A stretch of 21,160 nucleotides of DNA from contig CAZRKJ010000010.1 of assembly GCA_964600775.1 (NCBI GenBank), positions 1 through 21,160 on the forward strand, in the 5' to 3' direction. The notes beneath the pieces were generated by a model. It did no database searches, was not told the origin of the DNA, and saw only the letters and a program-made list of their open reading frames with translations. Shown here in pieces: positions 15,094 to 21,160 of this stretch; within the stretch, counting starts at the first letter, position 1, and each line of letters starts with the position of its first letter. The position numbers and the translations under genes were made by a program. The stretch is from an uncultured Acholeplasma sp. (lineage in GTDB: Bacteria > Bacillota_I > Bacilli_A > Acholeplasmatales > Acholeplasmataceae).

Positions 15094-16974
15094 TTAAACA
15101 TTGTTTGGATTATAGGATTCTACAATTTGACATACATGTTTTTTAACTTCATCATTTGTTAATGTTTCAAGTGTTTCAATTAAACTATGTACAGCTGCCA
15201 TACTTAAGTGGTTACCATTACCATTTTCAATAAAAATAAGTTTATTATCTGTTTTTTGGATATTTGGATCATTGACATCTAGTAACAGTTCTTCATATAG
15301 TTTTTCACCAGGACGTAAGCCAACAACTTCTATCTTGATATCCTCGCCTACTTTGTAGCCAGCAAGACGTATCATCTTTTCAGCAAATTCATAAATTTTA
15401 ACTGGTTGGCCCATATCTAAGATAAATAACTCACCATTTTTAGCATATACACCACACTGTAAAATTAAACTTACTGCTTCTGGTATCGTCATAAAGTATC
15501 TTGTGATTTCTTTATGTGTAACCGTTACAGGACCACCATCTTCTATTTGTTTTTTAAATAATGGAATAACAGAACCATTAGAACCTAATACATTACCAAA
15601 CCTAACAGCTGTGAAACTGGTTTGGCTGTGTTTTTGTTCATTCATGATAACAAGCTCTGCAAAGCGTTTGGTTGCTCCCATAATATTGGTTGCACGTACG
15701 GCCTTGTCACTACTTACTAAAACAAACTTTTTAACACCATACTTGGTTGATAATTCTGCTGCATTTAAGGAACCAATCACATTGGTACGTACAGATTCTA
15801 CAGCACTATCTTCCATTAGAGGTACATGTTTATATGCAGCAGCATGGAATACAATGGTTGGTTTAAATTCTTTAAATATCTCTTCTAATCTAATACGGTT
15901 ATACACACTACCAATACGTACATCTAATTTTGGATATTTTATACTTGGATCTTTATATGCTTTTCTAACAAGTTCCATTTGAATCTCGTAAGCATTATTT
16001 TCATAGATATCAAAAATAATTAATTGTTTTGGTTTTAATTCAAATATTTGGCGACAAAGTTCACTACCAATGGATCCACCACCACCGGTTACCATAACAA
16101 CCTCACCAGAAATAAATTCGCTAATACCATCATCATCTAGTCTAATAACAGGACGATCAAGTAAATCTTCTACTTTAACTTCAACTAATTTCGTATTTTG
16201 ATTTTGATTAACATTCTCTATGAGATTAAGTTTCTTTACACTTAAATGTAATTTAATAAGTCTATTAACGAGATCATGGAACTTAACTTTAGGATAATCT
16301 TTAATCGCTAAGACAACTTCTTTAATATCATATTTATGAACAATCATTTCAATGTCGTTTGATGTACCTAAAATTGTAATGCCCATTATTTGACGGCCAA
16401 CTTTTTCTTTGTTATCATCAATAAAACCAACCGGTACATTATTTAGTTTTCTGTTCTTATATAACTCTTTTAAAACCATTTCACCAGCAGAACCGGCACC
16501 AATAATCAATGTGCGAACACCAGATTGTTGATAGGTTTTCAACCTAAATTGATATGTTAGAAGGTTTGTTGTACGTCTAATGATACGTGGTAGCATCATA
16601 CCAGTAATTTCAATGAGTGAAATTATGATAAATGCTGATTCAGTCATTAAAGGTAAACTAAATATTGCAATTAATAATGCTATTAATGTATTTGCTATCG
16701 TTACAACAATTACAATTCTAAAGAAATCTTCAAAGGAAGCATATTTAGAAATAATTTTGTAAATACCTGTAAAGTAATTGATTAATATCTTAATAGGTAT
16801 AATAAATAAAAAGGCGTTCCAGAGCATTTGGTGATCATAGCTTAACTGTATGTCACCGCCCATGTTTCTAAACACCCAAATGGTAAGATAATAAGATGCA
16901 ACAATGGTTGCAATATCATATACTACATACTTATAGACTTTTATAAATGACATGATTTTCTCTTTCTTTGACAT
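15094..16974 (-). CDS. capD: Membrane-anchored polysaccharide biosynthesis protein of the CapD / PglF / WbpM family (UDP-GlcNAc 4,6-dehydratase-like, Polysacc_synt_2)
   Basis: 626 aa. It has four N-terminal TM helices and two Rossmann motifs (LIIGAGSAGEMV and VMVTGGGGSIGSELCRQI). The SDR-like catalytic region is ...VLVSSDKAVRATNIMGATKRFAEL... Strong SD (AAAGGGGAGA). Confidence 0.85.
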   Translation of the reverse strand: MSKKEKIMSFIKVYKYVVYDIATIVASYYLTIWVFRNMGGDIQLSYDHQMLWNAFLFIIPIKILINYFTGIYKIISKYASFEDFFRIVIVVTIANTLIALLIAIFSLPLMTESAFIIISLIEITGMMLPRIIRRTTNLLTYQFRLKTYQQSGVRTLIIGAGSAGEMVLKELYKNRKLNNVPVGFIDDNKEKVGRQIMGITILGTSNDIEMIVHKYDIKEVVLAIKDYPKVKFHDLVNRLIKLHLSVKKLNLIENVNQNQNTKLVEVKVEDLLDRPVIRLDDDGISEFISGEVVMVTGGGGSIGSELCRQIFELKPKQLIIFDIYENNAYEIQMELVRKAYKDPSIKYPKLDVRIGSVYNRIRLEEIFKEFKPTIVFHAAAYKHVPLMEDSAVESVRTNVIGSLNAAELSTKYGVKKFVLVSSDKAVRATNIMGATKRFAELVIMNEQKHSQTSFTAVRFGNVLGSNGSVIPLFKKQIEDGGPVTVTHKEITRYFMTIPEAVSLILQCGVYAKNGELFILDMGQPVKIYEFAEKMIRLAGYKVGEDIKIEVVGLRPGEKLYEELLLDVNDPNIQKTDNKLIFIENGNGNHLSMAAVHSLIETLETLTNDEVKKHVCQIVESYNPNNV

Positions 16975-17310
16975 AAAATCTCCCCTTTTAATGTCGCAAA
17001 ATAAATGATTTATAAATCAATGATTTTGTTTGTATATATTTTTATGTCTACATAAATAAAAATATACGAATATATACAAAGTATAACATAATAATGTATT
17101 TTAAGCACGCACGAAAATGCTTGTTGTAATTCTTTTTGGTATAAAACCGTTTTACTACTTCATCCATCTATTTTTGTATATTCTAAAACCAAGGTATTTT
17201 TTAGTATGCTTATTACATATATATAATATATATACTTTGTAAGGTATTTTAATATTATTTTGTATACTTTAATAATGAATTGCTTTAAAAGCCTTATAAA
17301 TCCCTTATAA

Positions 17311-17345
17311 ATAGAAAAAAGCACCTGCATTTTAGCTGCAAGTGC
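17311..17345 (-). terminator. Rho-independent terminator of the pfkA-pyk operon
   Basis: On the minus strand the hairpin GCACTTGCA-gctaaaa-TGCAGGTGC (GCAC/GTGC and TGCA/TGCA stems with one mismatch) is followed by TTTTTTCTATTTAT. It lies 20 nt after the pyk stop. Confidence 0.6.
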
Positions 17346-17364
17346 TTTATGATAATCTAATCAA

Positions 17365-18717
17365 TTATTTAATTTCTAATAGTTTTGTAGAACTCTTAGT
17401 TAATTCTAATACGAAGTCGCCAGTTTCTAAACCTAATTTTTCAAGGAAATCAGCAGCTTCTTCTTTGCTTAACACAGGGTAAACACCAAAGTGAATTGCT
17501 AGTGCTCTAGCTTCTTTAGCATTTTTTACAACAGCAACATTAATTGCTTCTGAATGGAAACTTGCAAATGATTTAGCAACTTCAATACCGTTTGTTATAA
17601 CAACATCTACTTCATACTCTAATACAAGTTTAGCTGCAGATTGTGCAATCGCATCGATATTAGATTCACCCATAAAGTAACCGTCTAAAAAGACTTCATA
17701 ATCTAACGTAGATTCTGCCTTTTTATTAATTGTAGCCATTTTCTTAACTGATTCTAATGGGTAATCACCAGCTGCTGATTCACCACTTAACATCGTTGCA
17801 GATGTACCTTCTCTAACAGCGTTAAAGACATCTGATACTTCAGCACGTGTAGGGCGTGGATTTTTTTGCATAGACTCTAGCATTTGAGTTGCAACAATAA
17901 CAACTTTTCCTAATTCTAAACATTTATCAATCATTTCAGATTGATACATTGGTACAAGTTCACCTTCTACCTCAATACCTAAGTCACCACGAGCAACCAT
18001 GATACCATCAACAACATCTAATATAGCATCTAAATTGTCCATACCTTCTTGGTTTTCAATCTTAGCAATAATTTGGACACTCTTACCACCATTAGCATCT
18101 AAAATATCACGTACGGCTTGTGCATCATCACCACGTCTTACAAAACTTGCAGCAACAAAATCATAACCCATTTGAGCAGCAAATTTAATATCATTTGCAT
18201 CTTTTTCAGAAATAAAAGGCATATTTAATACAACACCTGGTACATTTACACCACGTCTTGATTTTACAACATGTGTATTTAAAGCTTTAGTTACTAATTC
18301 TCTAGCTACTGGATCTTTTTCAACAACTTCTAAGGTTAAATAACCATCATCAACTGTTACAAATTCTCCGATTTTCATATCATCGTATAGACCATCATAA
18401 GATACAGAGAATTTCTCTTTATTTCCTAATACTGGTGTAAAAGCAATACGCACTGTAGATCCTTTTTGGATTTCTACTTTACCATCAAATTCATGTGTAC
18501 GAATTTCTGGTCCTTTTGTATCAAGGAGGTATGCAACATGTGTGCCTAACTCTTCATTGATTGCTTGGATAGTTTTTAAACGATTACCGTGTTCTTCGTA
18601 ATCTCCGTGTGAAAAGTTAAAGCGTGCAACGTTCATTCCAGCTTTAACAAGTTCTGTCATAACTGCTTTATTTTCTGAAGCAGGTCCTAATGTACAAACA
18701 ATTTTTGTTTTTCTCAT
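17365..18717 (-). CDS. pyk: Pyruvate kinase
   Basis: 450 aa. Starts MRKTKIVCTLGPASE...ARFNFSHGDYEEHG... It includes ...MVARGDLGIEV... and ...VATQMLESM... The classic pfkA-pyk gene order is present. Confidence 0.9.
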   Translation of the reverse strand: MRKTKIVCTLGPASENKAVMTELVKAGMNVARFNFSHGDYEEHGNRLKTIQAINEELGTHVAYLLDTKGPEIRTHEFDGKVEIQKGSTVRIAFTPVLGNKEKFSVSYDGLYDDMKIGEFVTVDDGYLTLEVVEKDPVARELVTKALNTHVVKSRRGVNVPGVVLNMPFISEKDANDIKFAAQMGYDFVAASFVRRGDDAQAVRDILDANGGKSVQIIAKIENQEGMDNLDAILDVVDGIMVARGDLGIEVEGELVPMYQSEMIDKCLELGKVVIVATQMLESMQKNPRPTRAEVSDVFNAVREGTSATMLSGESAAGDYPLESVKKMATINKKAESTLDYEVFLDGYFMGESNIDAIAQSAAKLVLEYEVDVVITNGIEVAKSFASFHSEAINVAVVKNAKEARALAIHFGVYPVLSKEEAADFLEKLGLETGDFVLELTKSSTKLLEIK

Positions 18718-18757
18718 ATTTTATATAATATACCCTTTCATTTCTATTTTTATATAA

Positions 18758-19708
18758 TTATCTTAATTTTTTAATTAAATCGTATAACTCAACGCGTTCT
18801 TTTGGATGGTTAATAATATCTTTTAATGGTGATATCACTAACTTATCATCTTTAATCCCTACACAGTGTCCACTGACACCTTTCATAATCGATTCAACTG
18901 CAAATGCACCCATACGTGATGCAAGTATTCTATCTTCAGCAATTGGCGTACCACCACGTTGGATATAACCTAATACGGTTGCTCGTGATGTAAACCCTGA
19001 TTTAATAGAAATTTCAGCAGCAAGTTTATGGACATCAAATTGTTGTTCGGTTACAACAATAATTGCATGTCGTCTACCTTCTTCATTATGTTTTCTTAAA
19101 GTAGAAATTAATTTATCTTTATTAATTGGGTTTTCCGGTGTAATAATAAACTCTGCACCACCACAAATACCAGCATATAATGCAAGATCTCCAGATGTTC
19201 TACCCATTACTTCTATAATACTACAACGTCTATGAGATGATGATGTATCACGCAGTTTATCGATTGCTTCAACAATAGTATTTAATGCGGTATGAAATCC
19301 GATTGTATAATCTGTTCCGTACACATCATTGTCAATAGTTCCTGGAATTGCAATTGTTTGGAATTCTAGTTCATGTAGTGCTTGTGCACCTCTGTAACTA
19401 CCATCACCACCAATAACAATTAACGCATCAATACCACGATTACGTAAATTGTCGATTGCAACCATTTGAACTGGCACTTCTTTAAACTCAGAAACTCTTG
19501 AAGTTCCTAACTTTGTACCACCAATGCTTAACATTCCTGAAACGTCTTTGGATGTGAGTGGAATAAATCTGTCTTCTAAAAGTCCTCTATAACCATCCAT
19601 AATACCAAACATTTCATGACCCTCTGCAATGCCTGCACGCACAATTGCACGAATTGCTGCGTTCATTCCAGGTGCATCGCCACCAGAAGTTAAAACTGCT
19701 ATTTTCAT
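18758..19708 (-). CDS. pfkA: ATP-dependent 6-phosphofructokinase
   Basis: 316 aa. Starts MKIAVLTSGGDAPGMNAAIRAIVR. It has GGDGS (LIVIGGDGSY) and PGTIDND (IAIPGTIDNDV). The Gly at both E. coli positions 104 and 124 marks an ATP-dependent enzyme. SD is GGAGGTATGACAT-ATG. Confidence 0.9.
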   Translation of the reverse strand: MKIAVLTSGGDAPGMNAAIRAIVRAGIAEGHEMFGIMDGYRGLLEDRFIPLTSKDVSGMLSIGGTKLGTSRVSEFKEVPVQMVAIDNLRNRGIDALIVIGGDGSYRGAQALHELEFQTIAIPGTIDNDVYGTDYTIGFHTALNTIVEAIDKLRDTSSSHRRCSIIEVMGRTSGDLALYAGICGGAEFIITPENPINKDKLISTLRKHNEEGRRHAIIVVTEQQFDVHKLAAEISIKSGFTSRATVLGYIQRGGTPIAEDRILASRMGAFAVESIMKGVSGHCVGIKDDKLVISPLKDIINHPKERVELYDLIKKLR

Positions 19709-19982
19709 ATGTCATACCTCCTTATACGCCGTTTAATATTATATCATGTTTTAGCCAATAAATAATGCTTAAAATATGAATATTTCTTCCAATCATTAAT
19801 TTCTTTTTAAATAAACGTTACCATATGCTTTAATTACTACATTTTGCAATAATTTAATACTTTTGGTTACAAAAATATCAATAAATTCAACATTAAGCAC
19901 AATAGTGTTTGCAATAACGGACATTCTTTGATAAACTTATTAGTGGATTTTTACATATAAAATTTAAAAAGGACGGTATACA

Positions 19983-21160
19983 ATGAAAAAATTAGTTGGT
20001 GCTGCACTCTTAGGTCAATCTGGTGGTCCTACATCAGTGATCAATGCCTCAGCAGCGGGCGTATTTTTAGAGAGTTTAAAGCATGAAGAAATTACAGAGA
20101 TATATGGTGCACAACATGGTATTAAAGGTATCTTAGATGAAAACTTCTATGATATTAGAAAAGAAGATGTTGAAGAGTTAGAAAGATTAAAATATACACC
20201 ATCTTCTGCAATTGGTTCAGTAAGATATAAATTAAAGGATTTTAAAAAAGATCCAACGGACTATAATAAGTTATTAGAAATCTTTAAAAAATATAATATT
20301 CGTTACTTCTTCTACAATGGTGGTAATGACTCAATGGATACATGTTTAAAAATTTCTAAGTTTATGAAAACAGCTGGTTGGGAAATGCGTGTTGTAGGGG
20401 TACCTAAAACAATTGATAACGACTTAGCTGGTATTGACCACTCACCAGGTTATGGTTCTGCTGCAAAATATGTAGCAACCTCAATTATGGAATTATATTT
20501 AGATGGTACAGTTTATAACACACAACAATTTGTTATTGTTGAGGTTATGGGTAGAAATGCAGGTTGGTTAACAGCTGCAGCAAGCCTAGCATCTATTGGT
20601 GGTGTTAAACCAGACTTAATTTACCTACCAGAATTACCATTTGACATGGATAAATTCTACCAACAAGTTGGTGACTTACTAAAAACAGGTAAATCAGTAT
20701 TTGTTGTTGTATCTGAAGGTATTAAAACTGCTGAAGGTAAATACATTCCTGAATATGAAGCAGAAATTGCACGTGATGCGTTTGGTCATGCAAACTTAGG
20801 TGGTACTGCAAGTGTACTTGCAAGCCATGTTGGTCAAAAATTTGGTGTAAAAACACGTGCAATTGAATTCTCATTACTACAAAGATCAGCAGCACACATC
20901 GCATCTCAAACAGATATTAATGAAGCATTTAAAGTTGGTCAATTAGCAGTTAAAAAAGCAATCTCAGGTACAACAAACAAATTTGTCGGTATCCAAAGAG
21001 TACCAGGTGAAACTTATAAAGTTAAGTATCCACTATTACCACTTAAGATTGTTGCGAATGCTGAACGTAAAGTACCAGCAGAATGGATCTTACCTGATGG
21101 TAAAGGTTTAACTCAAGAATTTATCGATTATGCGCTACCTTTAATCCAAGGTGAAACAAA
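19983..21160 (+). CDS. pfp: Pyrophosphate-dependent phosphofructokinase (diphosphate--fructose-6-phosphate 1-phosphotransferase). The N-terminal ~392 aa are present; the 3' end runs beyond the window.
   Basis: ATG at 19983 with an AAAGGA SD 10 nt upstream. The product starts MKKLVGAALLGQSGGPTSVINASAAGVF... It includes ...FFYNGGNDSMDT..., ...VGVPKTIDNDLAGIDHSPGYGSAAKY... and ...VMGRNAGWLTAAASL... GGNDS and PKTIDND put Asp and Lys where ATP-PFKs have Gly104 and Gly124, which is the PPi-PFK signature. It is not in the ORF track because it has no stop. Confidence 0.8.
   Translation, partial: MKKLVGAALLGQSGGPTSVINASAAGVFLESLKHEEITEIYGAQHGIKGILDENFYDIRKEDVEELERLKYTPSSAIGSVRYKLKDFKKDPTDYNKLLEIFKKYNIRYFFYNGGNDSMDTCLKISKFMKTAGWEMRVVGVPKTIDNDLAGIDHSPGYGSAAKYVATSIMELYLDGTVYNTQQFVIVEVMGRNAGWLTAAASLASIGGVKPDLIYLPELPFDMDKFYQQVGDLLKTGKSVFVVVSEGIKTAEGKYIPEYEAEIARDAFGHANLGGTASVLASHVGQKFGVKTRAIEFSLLQRSAAHIASQTDINEAFKVGQLAVKKAISGTTNKFVGIQRVPGETYKVKYPLLPLKIVANAERKVPAEWILPDGKGLTQEFIDYALPLIQGET

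Noticed and set aside
15503-15982. 159-aa plus-strand ORF
   Set aside because: It lies antisense to the conserved catalytic region of the capD-like gene. It has no start context or RBS.
19709-19982. Specific sigma-A promoters for pfkA and pfp in the divergent spacer
   Set aside because: Several TATAAT-like and TTGATA-like hexamers occur in this very AT-rich DNA, but none pair with convincing 16 to 18-nt spacing. I did not call any.
20722-20904. 60-aa minus-strand ORF
   Set aside because: It lies antisense to the well-conserved PPi-PFK coding region.
1-21160. Possibility of a TGA=Trp (Mycoplasma/Spiroplasma) genetic code
   Set aside because: All long ORFs are intact under the standard code. 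Trp is encoded by TGG throughout, for example in the GH16 and SBP genes. Table 11 applies, as in Acholeplasma and Firmicutes.

Overview
The window is low-GC and AT-rich, uses the standard code (TGA is a stop, Trp is TGG), and carries Mollicutes/Firmicutes-like genes; an Acholeplasma-like genome is my inference. Nearly everything is on the minus strand. Reading that strand from high to low coordinates: (a) a glycolytic pfkA-pyk operon (19708 to 17365) with an intrinsic terminator; it sits divergently next to a PPi-dependent phosphofructokinase gene (19983 to beyond 21160, plus strand). (b) A surface-polysaccharide-type cluster: a membrane CapD/PglF-like dehydratase, a PF14907-type nucleotidyltransferase broken by a frameshift in a poly(A)8 tract, a NUDIX hydrolase, a small membrane protein with a SHOCT domain, a terminator, a DUF4177-like small protein and a 425-aa lipoprotein. 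(c) A 728-bp non-coding stretch holding a 54-codon remnant of an HtrA-like serine protease and several inverted repeats. (d) An orphan flotillin (SPFH) gene. (e) A glycan-utilisation operon: a solute-binding lipoprotein and two CUT1-type permeases (no ATPase gene in the window), a 1282-aa surface lipoprotein, a ROK-family regulator and a GH16 beta-glucanase lipoprotein cut by the window edge. The 1282-aa lipoprotein is built from Ig-like domains plus four ~240 to 350-aa modules rich in GLUG-type motifs. Three of those modules are about 85 to 92% identical to one another at the DNA level over stretches of a few hundred bp. There are no rRNA, tRNA, CRISPR, transposase or integrase signals. The most interesting items are the giant repeat lipoprotein inside the sugar-uptake operon, the frameshifted nucleotidyltransferase that a 1-nt change in a homopolymer would restore, and the side-by-side ATP- and PPi-dependent PFK genes.
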